This document shows, one piece after another, positions 10,897 to 19,863 of a DNA stretch of 33,689 bases. The DNA comes from a virus (Duplodnaviria; Caudoviricetes), in IMG/VR virus record IMGVR_UViG_3300017774_006867, positions 1 through 33,689 of that record; one strand, given 5' to 3'. The notes under the pieces are model-generated. The model searched no databases. It worked only from the letters and a program-made list of their open reading frames with translations, and had not been told where the DNA came from. A program made the translations under genes and the position numbers. Each line of letters starts with the position of its first letter. Positions within the stretch are counted from its first letter, which is position 1.

Positions 10897-13025
10897 TACA
10901 GGTCATACAGAGAGAACAGATCTTTGATCTGAATCAAAGCAAGGTCACTCTAATAAGAGATGAGAATTCAAGCTTTTTATCCTTCAGCTTGTTTCCTCTG
11001 GAAGGAAAGGAAAAACAGGTTGTCGGACTAAGCACGATTGAAGTCGTTGCAACTCAGTCGCCTGAGAGGCCTGTTTCAGCGTCTAGAGCTACCATAGACG
11101 TGAGGTCGACTTCACCGGTTAGCACACAGATATCAGCTAGAAAATCTCAAACAAACCTGGTAGGAACTGCAGAATCTCTAGGATCAATCGTAGTCCAGAG
11201 GCCTCGACTTTCCAACAAGAGATTTGCAATCAACAAGCCTGGCAGCACGATCCTTCTGTATCAGACAAACGCAGGAAACGATTTTTCTGACATACTGTCT
11301 CAGTCTTCTCTTCTAGCATTTGATTCAAGATCAGGAATGGATGGTTCTCAAGCCGCGGGCACCATTGAGAGGTCACTTATTACCAAAAAGTGCATTCCAA
11401 TAAAGATAGAACTTAGAGATTTCACTCTAGACCAGCAGCAGCTGTTCATTACAGTCAAAGCTAGAGTACAAGGGAGAGTGGTATCGAACCAGCAATTGAC
11501 AGTTACAGATCTTGAAGTTCTTGACCAAGAGCAGCTTGACTACAAGATAAACTGCCTGGGATACACGCGTATCGACGCAGGAAATTTGCAGTTCACTGCT
11601 TATCTTAATAGATCACTTCCATCATCTTCGGTGGTTTTTACTTCCAGGACATGGAGTAACTCAGTATCAAAATCAAATCTTTCAAGGAAGTTACAAAGAG
11701 TCGATCAGACAACAAAAACTGCAACATTCTCAGTTCTTTGCACTCAAAATGAGTACGCTGAGGTCATCGCTCAGGCGTTTGATGGAAAAAATCGACCTTG
11801 CGGTTATCCGACTAGGACGCTGATAAGATCAAGAAATCCAAGATCAGACATTCAGAGCATTGTTCTAAAGAGCTTAGACTCTGACGGGCTGACTGCTAGA
11901 GTACAGGGAATACCTGTAGGAACCGGTTCGATTAGAGTTTCTCGGAAAAATATTTCAAATCTTTCTCTTCCCATAGAAGAGGTTGGAGTCTTTTCTGTAG
12001 CTGACGGATCTGTCGATTTTAAAGACGATAAAATTGTAGAGTCGAACTATCCAAATACAAGAACTTCTTTTGAGTATGAAGTGCTACTAATAACGAACGG
12101 AACTCAGAAAAAGTCTGACCAGGTTCTTAGAGTCGACTACGGGCTAATTGATAACTCATACAGCTTCCAGACAGTCTTTAACGAGTCATCGGGTGCTTTG
12201 TCAGTTCAGGTTAGTCCTGAGAAGCCTGCGGAGATTCTTGATGGACTTTCAAGGTCTCTCGCAGAGAAGTCTTTAACAGATGCTTTTGCAGATCAAATAA
12301 AAGAGATAAGGTCGCAGACAGCTGAAGTATTCTTATACGATGCCTACCTTGTCAACCTGGAAACATCCGAGAGAACATATTTAGGAGAGTTTTCAGAGAA
12401 TAGATTTTCTCTACCGCTTTCTACCAATTCAGTGTACTACATCTATCCAAAGACAGCAACACCTAGAAATCAGATTAGTGCAATAAAGCGCCTAATTGAG
12501 CAACCGCAGCTTGTGTCAAGAAGTAGAGCCTCCAGAGTGAGCCCAAGAAATCTTGCTGCGAGTCTCGACTCTCAGGTTATCACTGAGGACGGGATAAAGC
12601 CTAAGCTCTTTAATCCAAGCGGTCTTATTGACGGAACTTTGTCAACGCAGTATGCATCTCTAACTTCTTATCCTACAGGACAAGTGATTACATACCAGTC
12701 GTCATCTCCTCGAGAAGCCCTCCGAGCTGGAAACTTTACGTGTAGAAGAATACACAAAGAAAGAAACCTGATACAGTGGTCTTCACCGGCTGCCTCTGAT
12801 GTATCTCACTTTCTACTAAAAGCTTCGACCGGAGAAGCTGCTCGAGCCACTTTTTTACTGTGCATTTTGCAAAAGACTCAATCTTCTAGGTACATCTTCA
12901 TAGATGAAGTTCTAGGAAAGTCTCCTGGGTTTATTAAGTACTATTTGACACCTGTCAACTCTAGGGGAATTGAGCAGACTACAATAACAGTAGATCTGCA
13001 GCCGGGAGAGGTGGAAATTGGCTAG
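10893..13025 (+). CDS. Hypothetical structural protein with possible Ig/Fn3-like modules
   Basis: 710-aa ORF with a TTG start (TTGA overlap, upstream GGTGAG). Fn3-like patterns FKDDKI...FEYEV and LIQWS...VSHFLL...FIDE...YYLTPV. Confidence 0.55.
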   Translation: MIQVIQREQIFDLNQSKVTLIRDENSSFLSFSLFPLEGKEKQVVGLSTIEVVATQSPERPVSASRATIDVRSTSPVSTQISARKSQTNLVGTAESLGSIVVQRPRLSNKRFAINKPGSTILLYQTNAGNDFSDILSQSSLLAFDSRSGMDGSQAAGTIERSLITKKCIPIKIELRDFTLDQQQLFITVKARVQGRVVSNQQLTVTDLEVLDQEQLDYKINCLGYTRIDAGNLQFTAYLNRSLPSSSVVFTSRTWSNSVSKSNLSRKLQRVDQTTKTATFSVLCTQNEYAEVIAQAFDGKNRPCGYPTRTLIRSRNPRSDIQSIVLKSLDSDGLTARVQGIPVGTGSIRVSRKNISNLSLPIEEVGVFSVADGSVDFKDDKIVESNYPNTRTSFEYEVLLITNGTQKKSDQVLRVDYGLIDNSYSFQTVFNESSGALSVQVSPEKPAEILDGLSRSLAEKSLTDAFADQIKEIRSQTAEVFLYDAYLVNLETSERTYLGEFSENRFSLPLSTNSVYYIYPKTATPRNQISAIKRLIEQPQLVSRSRASRVSPRNLAASLDSQVITEDGIKPKLFNPSGLIDGTLSTQYASLTSYPTGQVITYQSSSPREALRAGNFTCRRIHKERNLIQWSSPAASDVSHFLLKASTGEAARATFLLCILQKTQSSRYIFIDEVLGKSPGFIKYYLTPVNSRGIEQTTITVDLQPGEVEIG

Positions 13026-16000
13026 ATTTGGAAGACCAGACGCTGCTGTTGTGACGCGGCCGAGCACAAGCTTCTCTTCTGCAGCATTTACAGACGATGT
13101 AGATCCTCCAACCCGATCAACTTTCTCGTCTGTTGCCACAGAGAGCCGCCCTACAATCGTAGATTCTTTAACAGACTCGTCTGTGGTTCTAATTCCTGAG
13201 TCTGGGTACGACGATTTTATATCAGAGAAGAAGCTTTCTAGCAACAGACCGCATGTCATAGCTGTTTATAATCCAAGAATTGATCCTACAAACGGATTTA
13301 AAGACCCGACATTTCAACTTTCTGAAGTCCAATATCTTCTGGATTCCGATACTGTTTCAGCAGCTGTCCAGGTCATCTCGTCTTCAATTCCTGCACAGCA
13401 GCTTGCTGAACTAACAGTTGATAATATCGCTCTTGCAGTTGAAGCCAAAAGAGCAATAGACGCTTTGCGGTCTGTCTATCTTGGAAAGAGGCAGTTCTCT
13501 AGAAATCTTTCCGGATTTGACTCTTCAGCAATCTCAGCTAGATCTTCAAGATTTATAAACTCCATTTCTTCTGATATCGGCATTGGTGGCTGGACTGCAA
13601 AAATTAGTAGAGCGCCCTTTTTCAATGAGAGAACAATTGATAGCTTTTTAGGCGTCTATCCAACTGATCTTTCAAAATTTTCAAGCAAGACGATGGCATC
13701 AAAGATCTTGAATCTTGCTCTAATGTCGACTGATCTTGCTTTCTTTAGTAGAGATGTTGTAAAGACTTTCAAAGAAGATCCCTCTCTAGGCGAACGCCTA
13801 GGCAGTGCACTATACACCCGAGGCATTTCTTTTCCTGAAGAGATATCAGAGAATCCCGATTACATCTCATCGCCTGACGATCTATCTCTTGAAGATGCTA
13901 TCAGAGGCCTTGGAAGAGCTCTAGCAGGCGGTGTTCTAAAGTCAGAAGCAAATCCTGCTACAACTTACGTTGCAGATGCAGACAGATCTCTACCTTCGTC
14001 TTTTGAACCAGTTCTTGATAGCCTTTTCTTTACAGATGCAAACCTGAAGAGAGTTGAGACCTTTGCAAACTCTAGCTTTGCTGCAACGAGCCCTGATGGC
14101 TATGTTACCTTTGAAGATAGCGTTCTTCTAAAGTGCTTTACTAAGCAGCAGAAAGATTCACCTGGATTTTTAGAGGCATCCAGTCTTGCAAGCCAGGCTT
14201 CTCAAATCGTTCTTAGAAAGGCTGAGTCTCTAGTTGTTTCGTGTCGACCTTTTTCTTCTAATCTTCTTGATCCTCAAAAGCGGCTTATGAAATTTTTGGT
14301 TGCACTTCTAAGAGAGCTAGGATCAATTCTTGACATACTAAAGGAAATAGACACTGCGGCAGAGATCCAAGACGTTGAGTCTGTAGGTTCTCCAGGTTTT
14401 TCTAGCAGGTCTGGCGTCCCTAGAAATGCGCTGAGAGATCTTGCTGTGATAGCTCAGTCTTGCACACAGTACGGTACTTCTGTTTTTGAAGTTTCTTTCA
14501 TTGAAGGTGTTCAAGCTTCTTACACAACTAACGTCCAGATTGGAACTATTCCAGATCCAGGTGCTGCGTTCCTCTATAGACATACTCGAATTGATGACTC
14601 AGAAGGTCAAGACTGGCTTGAAGCTAGACTGTATGACTCTGAAAATACAGAGATCCATCCGATTTTTGCAATGATCGATGCACAGATTACAAGTGTCCTC
14701 GGCTTTACTCAGGAAATTCAAGTGAGAGCTGCAAGGTCTGTTGCTGTGCAGTTTCTCTCAAGATCTCTTAGATCTGTATTTTTTGATTTTGAAACAAATG
14801 AAGCTGGCGGTACTTATTTTACCTTTTCCAGGACTGATCTTGCTGCCATTCCTTTTGCGATAGATTCTATACTTTCTGGTGGTCTTGGCTTTCCAAGCAG
14901 GCCCGGTCTTTCGTCAGAAGAGATAGCCAGGATCAACAATATACGCATAAGCATTATTGACGATGCTTTGTCACCGATCAGAGCGATAACAGATCAAGTT
15001 GTTGCTTCTCTTGAGTTTGTAGACATGGTTGAGTCATACGCGTCCTCTCTTGCTTCATGCGACAACCTTTCCAGAAATCTTAGATCTGCATCTAGCACGC
15101 TCTCGTCAGTAACTAGAATTAAGGGAATTACTACTCCGCTTGCTCTTACTAGAGATAGCTTAATAGCATCAAGTCTTTACTTCTTTACAAGGAGTGCAAC
15201 TTCTGGGATTACTGGATATAGCACTCAAGAAGTTCTTAGTGAGAACGAGTACAAAACAATACTTTCTAGACTTCTGAAGATTTCACAAGAATCTACCAGC
15301 GAGGACGATCTGTCCTACTTTGTTGTAGGCTTTCCATTTGGACTCCTTGAAAGATGTAGAAATGAATCACCGTCAGATACTGATCTCTTTTTAGTTAACT
15401 TTAAGTTTGAAATAGACGGGATAGAGTCAACAGTCACGAAGACTTTTAGTCCAAATATTCGAAAAACTGAACTTTCTCCGGGTCAAGCAGCAGATCCAAT
15501 CGAGCAAATAGACACAGACAAGGTAAAGACGCTTTCCTACATAGACGGAGTCCAAGACATTGTTAGAACGAGAAGCGGAGAAGCTTTCTTTTCCATCCAG
15601 GACACGTCTTACTTAGAGGCTTTCCGGATCGCTCTCACCAGCGGATGCTTGATTGACTTTATGTGGAATCTTCTAGGAATCGATCTATCAGAGACTGCTG
15701 TAAGAGATAGCGCAACATACGCTCCCTCCTCGAGGATTACTGACATTAAGAACGATCAGTCCAGATTTTTTGCACGTAGAATACAAGACCTGAGCATCCC
15801 TAGCCAAGCTCGACTTGGCAGTGCCTTTCAGAGAACCACACTTTTCGGTCAATCAAGAGCTGTAGACGATATTTTTGGATTCAAGTATATGGACTGCGTC
15901 TATGCGTTTCCAGTTAGATCTTCAGAGATTCCAGGTGTTTCATCTGGCCAATTCGTCGGCAAGGTCTTTGTGTCTGTTGAACCTTCTATATTCGGCTCAG

Positions 16001-16026
16001 TAAGAACACTAAGAGGAAACTTCTGA
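13018..16026 (+). CDS. Large hypothetical protein (1002 aa, Ser-rich, partly helical), probably structural
   Basis: Long ORF with a TTG start preceded by GGAGAGG and an 8-nt overlap with the upstream gene. No recognisable catalytic motif. Confidence 0.6.
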   Translation: MARFGRPDAAVVTRPSTSFSSAAFTDDVDPPTRSTFSSVATESRPTIVDSLTDSSVVLIPESGYDDFISEKKLSSNRPHVIAVYNPRIDPTNGFKDPTFQLSEVQYLLDSDTVSAAVQVISSSIPAQQLAELTVDNIALAVEAKRAIDALRSVYLGKRQFSRNLSGFDSSAISARSSRFINSISSDIGIGGWTAKISRAPFFNERTIDSFLGVYPTDLSKFSSKTMASKILNLALMSTDLAFFSRDVVKTFKEDPSLGERLGSALYTRGISFPEEISENPDYISSPDDLSLEDAIRGLGRALAGGVLKSEANPATTYVADADRSLPSSFEPVLDSLFFTDANLKRVETFANSSFAATSPDGYVTFEDSVLLKCFTKQQKDSPGFLEASSLASQASQIVLRKAESLVVSCRPFSSNLLDPQKRLMKFLVALLRELGSILDILKEIDTAAEIQDVESVGSPGFSSRSGVPRNALRDLAVIAQSCTQYGTSVFEVSFIEGVQASYTTNVQIGTIPDPGAAFLYRHTRIDDSEGQDWLEARLYDSENTEIHPIFAMIDAQITSVLGFTQEIQVRAARSVAVQFLSRSLRSVFFDFETNEAGGTYFTFSRTDLAAIPFAIDSILSGGLGFPSRPGLSSEEIARINNIRISIIDDALSPIRAITDQVVASLEFVDMVESYASSLASCDNLSRNLRSASSTLSSVTRIKGITTPLALTRDSLIASSLYFFTRSATSGITGYSTQEVLSENEYKTILSRLLKISQESTSEDDLSYFVVGFPFGLLERCRNESPSDTDLFLVNFKFEIDGIESTVTKTFSPNIRKTELSPGQAADPIEQIDTDKVKTLSYIDGVQDIVRTRSGEAFFSIQDTSYLEAFRIALTSGCLIDFMWNLLGIDLSETAVRDSATYAPSSRITDIKNDQSRFFARRIQDLSIPSQARLGSAFQRTTLFGQSRAVDDIFGFKYMDCVYAFPVRSSEIPGVSSGQFVGKVFVSVEPSIFGSVRTLRGNF

Positions 16027-17819
16027 TGTCGAGATCTTTTGAAACTTTTATGATTCCTTACTTGAAGTTCACAGACTTCGACGCTAAGGCAGAATTTAAG
16101 TACAACTTCTATACGTCAGATGAAGTTATTAATGAAAATGCAAATACTCTGAATTCGAGCAATCTTTATGAGATCAGTCTATTCAGACGCCTCACTTCAG
16201 CAGGAGTGTTTCCTAGAGAAACTAGGCTAATCTCTTCTGCTCGAGGAGTCCCTGCAGCATCTTCCAGGATCGAGCTAGATCTTGCAAACACAAGTGTTCT
16301 CTATGAAGACTCAGCTGCTTCCTTTAGTACATGCGGACTTACAGTCTCTGATTCAGCAGTTAGCACAACAGCATATCAGCTATTAAGGCAAAATGCATCT
16401 CTCGGAGAGTCAATCACAGTGTCTCTCCCTGTGACACCAACTCTCTACAGAAGTGTTAGAAACTCTGAATTTAACGCTGGAATAAGCGTTTTTGATCTAA
16501 GGATTGATAGCACGTCTACCAAGGATCCGCTAGCTGATATTGCTGGACTTCCCGTTGACATTTCCTTGAGTAGACTGCTTGTGAGCGATCTTGTTTCGAC
16601 AGCAAATAGAGATTACAGCAACATCTTTGCAGATGAGCTAGTGGCTCTTGCAGACAATGCCGCTGCAGTTCAATCATCAGCGCTTGCAACTGTCCAGCAG
16701 AGATCAATAATCTCACAAGAGATTGATTACATCATAGACGATCAGTACATAAATCACGGATATGATTTCGATCAGATTCTCCACGCAGGATTTATTGTGG
16801 AGAAGCAGAGAATATCAAAAGATTCTGAGACAGGAGAAGACCAGTCTGAGTTAATCTCTACGACCTTCTATGGAACCCCAGGAGTCCTGGCACAAGTTGA
16901 CAGGCTTGTTGCGATGGGATTTTCTTACGTTTATAAGATTAGATCAGTCTATGGTGTTCCTGTTGAAGTAACTGAATCTAACGTTACTGAAGCTGGAATA
17001 GAGTTTATTAGAAACGTAAAGAAGACTGTCTTCGTAGCCTCTGAGGGGAAGGTTTATCGAGTCAATCCTGCAGACACAAAGCCGCCGCCACCTCCACCCG
17101 ACGTTGTCATTGCACACCAGATTTACCCGAGATTTGGATTGATGACAAGCTGGAGGATGCCATCATCATCTCAATATGACGTTGTCGGCTTTTTAGTCTT
17201 TAGAAGAGACAATCTCTCACAGCCCTTCATGCAGATTGCGACAATTGATTTTGACAAGACTCAGTCAAGAACTACAACGCTTTCAAAAATCTACCCATGT
17301 AAGAACATTATCATATCAGAATTTCCGGTACTCTCTTTTGTAGATGAGACTGCAGCACCGGATAAAGACTACATTTATGCAATCTGTAGTGTTGATGCTC
17401 ACGGAAATGTTTCAGGTTATTCAGTTCAAATAAAGTCTAGATACGTTAGAGCTTCAAACACAGTTATTTCAAGATCTGTGTCAAGATCTCTTGCGCCCCT
17501 TGCATTTCCAAACATCTTGATTGACGAAGACATTTTTACAGACTTGATCAAGCTCAAATCTATAAAGAGCATCTCAGTCGTTGCAAATCCCGATCTCAGG
17601 TACTTGGAAAATAACGGAGTTTCTTCTGAGATGCTCGCTGCTAACTCGCAGGGAAGGGACGTAACAAAGTACTATCGAATGAATCTGATAGACTTAAACG
17701 ATCTATCTCAGAACAACTTCGATTTTAACATATCAGCTGCTTCGGCTACATTCATAGGTGTTGATGCATCAAACAAGAGCACAGAATCTATCAGAGATTT
17801 CATACAGTTTGAGCAGTAA
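16026..17819 (+). CDS. Structural protein with fibronectin type III-like domain(s)
   Basis: YVYKIRSV strand, DTKPPPPPPD linker, then TSWRMP...VVGFLVFRR...FVDE...YIYAICSVDAHGNVSGYS, a classic Fn3 pattern. TGATG coupling. Confidence 0.65.
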   Translation: MSRSFETFMIPYLKFTDFDAKAEFKYNFYTSDEVINENANTLNSSNLYEISLFRRLTSAGVFPRETRLISSARGVPAASSRIELDLANTSVLYEDSAASFSTCGLTVSDSAVSTTAYQLLRQNASLGESITVSLPVTPTLYRSVRNSEFNAGISVFDLRIDSTSTKDPLADIAGLPVDISLSRLLVSDLVSTANRDYSNIFADELVALADNAAAVQSSALATVQQRSIISQEIDYIIDDQYINHGYDFDQILHAGFIVEKQRISKDSETGEDQSELISTTFYGTPGVLAQVDRLVAMGFSYVYKIRSVYGVPVEVTESNVTEAGIEFIRNVKKTVFVASEGKVYRVNPADTKPPPPPPDVVIAHQIYPRFGLMTSWRMPSSSQYDVVGFLVFRRDNLSQPFMQIATIDFDKTQSRTTTLSKIYPCKNIIISEFPVLSFVDETAAPDKDYIYAICSVDAHGNVSGYSVQIKSRYVRASNTVISRSVSRSLAPLAFPNILIDEDIFTDLIKLKSIKSISVVANPDLRYLENNGVSSEMLAANSQGRDVTKYYRMNLIDLNDLSQNNFDFNISAASATFIGVDASNKSTESIRDFIQFEQ

Positions 17820-17833
17820 CTTGATGTCTAGCT

Positions 17834-17849
17834 TAGTTATGCCTAGGAG
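17834..17849 (+). promoter_or_regulatory. Candidate late-promoter element TAGTTA plus Shine-Dalgarno AGGAG
   Basis: In a 35-nt spacer: TAGTTA at 17834-17839, AGGAG at 17845-17849, ATG at 17855. Confidence 0.4.
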
Positions 17850-17854
17850 ACAAA

Positions 17855-18544
17855 ATGGGCTTTCTTAACGGAACTACCAACAACATCGTTGTCGACGCAG
17901 TCTTGACTGACGTAGGTAGACAACTTCTTGCACGCAACGATGGAAGTTTTCAGATCTCCAAGTTTTCTCTTGGAGACCCTGAGATTGATTACACACGCAT
18001 TAAGACCCATGGGATCCCTGTTGGCACAGACAACATCTCTATCTTGACGCCTATTTTTGAAGCACTTACAAACGCTTCTCTTGCAAATACGAGTCGACTG
18101 ATTTCGGCTGCTGATCCAAGCCTTGTGTACCTCCCAGTCTTCAACACGAGCACGTCTGCTGTAAGTCTTGCTGAGGGATCGTCTAGAGGCGGCGCTGTAT
18201 CGTTCTCTCTTGAGTGGGCTGGGTCTACGACTTCCATTCCGATAGAGCTACAGGAGAGTACTTTTGAAGTTACCTGTAACAATCTGTTTGTCTCGATTCT
18301 TTCTAGCACTGGGACGGCTTTGACGCTAAGATACGTCACAGGAAATAAGTCAACTGCAATTTTGAGTGCATCAAGAACTGCGACAGGATCGACAGCGTCT
18401 TTTACGATTTCTTCTAAGTCGCTCTCTAGCACAACATTTGCTTCCTATAAATCATCAGATGGCAAGATTCACACTTTCGTAGATGTTGTAGGTCTCAACA
18501 CTGGAATAAAGAGTCAGATCGAAGTCATCATAACGGAGACCTAA
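17855..18544 (+). CDS. Tail/baseplate protein with the N-terminal half of a tail-collar-fibre (DUF3751 / P2 gpH N-terminal)-like domain
   Basis: AVLTDVGRQLLA...ISKFSLGD resembles the recalled gpH pattern IT-x-x-G-x-x-x-LA...IT-x-MAVGD. Strong SD. Confidence 0.6.
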   Translation: MGFLNGTTNNIVVDAVLTDVGRQLLARNDGSFQISKFSLGDPEIDYTRIKTHGIPVGTDNISILTPIFEALTNASLANTSRLISAADPSLVYLPVFNTSTSAVSLAEGSSRGGAVSFSLEWAGSTTSIPIELQESTFEVTCNNLFVSILSSTGTALTLRYVTGNKSTAILSASRTATGSTASFTISSKSLSSTTFASYKSSDGKIHTFVDVVGLNTGIKSQIEVIITET

Positions 18545-18545
18545 G

Positions 18546-19853
18546 ATGTACAAAGAGATTTTACCGTCTGATATTCGGACAACAAGACAGGCTCTTAACC
18601 AGCTCATAGATGTCCCACAGAGCACTATAAGCTCGAGCGACAACAGACAGAATTACCTTAATTTCGTGTCGTCGTCGGTGAATGCTTACACTTCTTCGCT
18701 TTTTGTGACAGTCTTCGATCAGTCTCAGACTCTACAGACAGCTAATCCAGTATTTGATATGACTTTTGGTCTGTATCTAAGCGGAGCTGACGTTCAATCG
18801 GCAAAAACGGGTGATTCTGCTGATGGTCTCATGCTCTTTCCAACAAACCTTGCGATGGTTAGAGAGAAGATCAACATCTACAAGGAGATGTCATCCTATC
18901 TGCTGGGTAATCCTGATTCTTTCTTTACATCTCCCTACTCTGATCCTGGGACTCCCTACACAGCTCCGGCAGCAGGCTTTCACTCAACTTCTACCCGTAG
19001 AATCGACTACGCTCTCTTTATCGCATTTAAGCGCCTCTTTGCGAGAGACAGGATGAAGAGAGAGACTGTTGCCTTAAAGCTCTACACAACAGCAGCGCTT
19101 GACGGATCTCCAAACTCGACAACGATTGAAAAAGCAATCCTTAACGGATTTACCGGTTCAAATCTGTATAGGATTACAGGATCGGGATCCTTCGTAGCCA
19201 GCGACGTTGGATCTTCTACGACGCTGCTGCTTGCTCCTGACGGATGTGGCATAGGAAACGTCTTCTCTTCAGCGAACACCAGCTATTCAGTTGGAACTGT
19301 CTTCTATGATAAGGGCATCATGGTTCTTGACATGGAGAAGGTCTTCGCCAGGCAGCACGTTTCTGGTGCTATTAGAAGCAGCCTGACAAACGGCGGAGCG
19401 CACACTGATGTTCCAAACGGATATTATCCAGTTGGAGATATTGACTCAACCAACTTCCCGTTCGTCAACCGGTCAGCAACTTTCTTCCCAGATTTAATGC
19501 TCTCAGCTTCAATGCAGGACGTCCTAGATCACGTGTGCAGTGTTAGATTTAGCGGAAGCGATTCAACTGCGATAACCTTCCAGAACCAGACTGACGTCAA
19601 CAGCACTCTTGTGTTCTGCAGAGCCGCAGCTGATGAATTCAACTACTCTTCTAATCCGACTTTTGTTGACGCTGATGGTCGCCTCGTCGTTATTGAAGAA
19701 GGGCAAGAGGGGATAGAGAGCTCTTTCGCGTTTGTTACTTCTATTGGACTCCACAATGACGCAGGACAGCTCCTTGCTGTTGCAAAGCTTAGCAGGCCCG
19801 TCAAGAAGGATCAAGAGACAGATTACACGTTTAGAGTTCGCCTAGACTTCTAG
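18546..19853 (+). CDS. Tail/baseplate protein with the C-terminal half of a tail-collar-fibre-like domain
   Basis: C-terminal EFNYSSNPTF...FVTSIGLHNDAGQLLAVAKLSRPVKK...FRVRLDF resembles the recalled gpH pattern ELGLYDDAGTLIAVA. GGAG upstream. Confidence 0.65.
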   Translation: MYKEILPSDIRTTRQALNQLIDVPQSTISSSDNRQNYLNFVSSSVNAYTSSLFVTVFDQSQTLQTANPVFDMTFGLYLSGADVQSAKTGDSADGLMLFPTNLAMVREKINIYKEMSSYLLGNPDSFFTSPYSDPGTPYTAPAAGFHSTSTRRIDYALFIAFKRLFARDRMKRETVALKLYTTAALDGSPNSTTIEKAILNGFTGSNLYRITGSGSFVASDVGSSTTLLLAPDGCGIGNVFSSANTSYSVGTVFYDKGIMVLDMEKVFARQHVSGAIRSSLTNGGAHTDVPNGYYPVGDIDSTNFPFVNRSATFFPDLMLSASMQDVLDHVCSVRFSGSDSTAITFQNQTDVNSTLVFCRAAADEFNYSSNPTFVDADGRLVVIEEGQEGIESSFAFVTSIGLHNDAGQLLAVAKLSRPVKKDQETDYTFRVRLDF

Positions 19854-19863
19854 GAGTGAACTT

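Noticed and set aside
18542-18548. Readthrough or frameshift joining 17855 and 18546 into one protein
   Set aside because: Different frames, no slippery heptamer visible, and the downstream ATG has its own GGAG.
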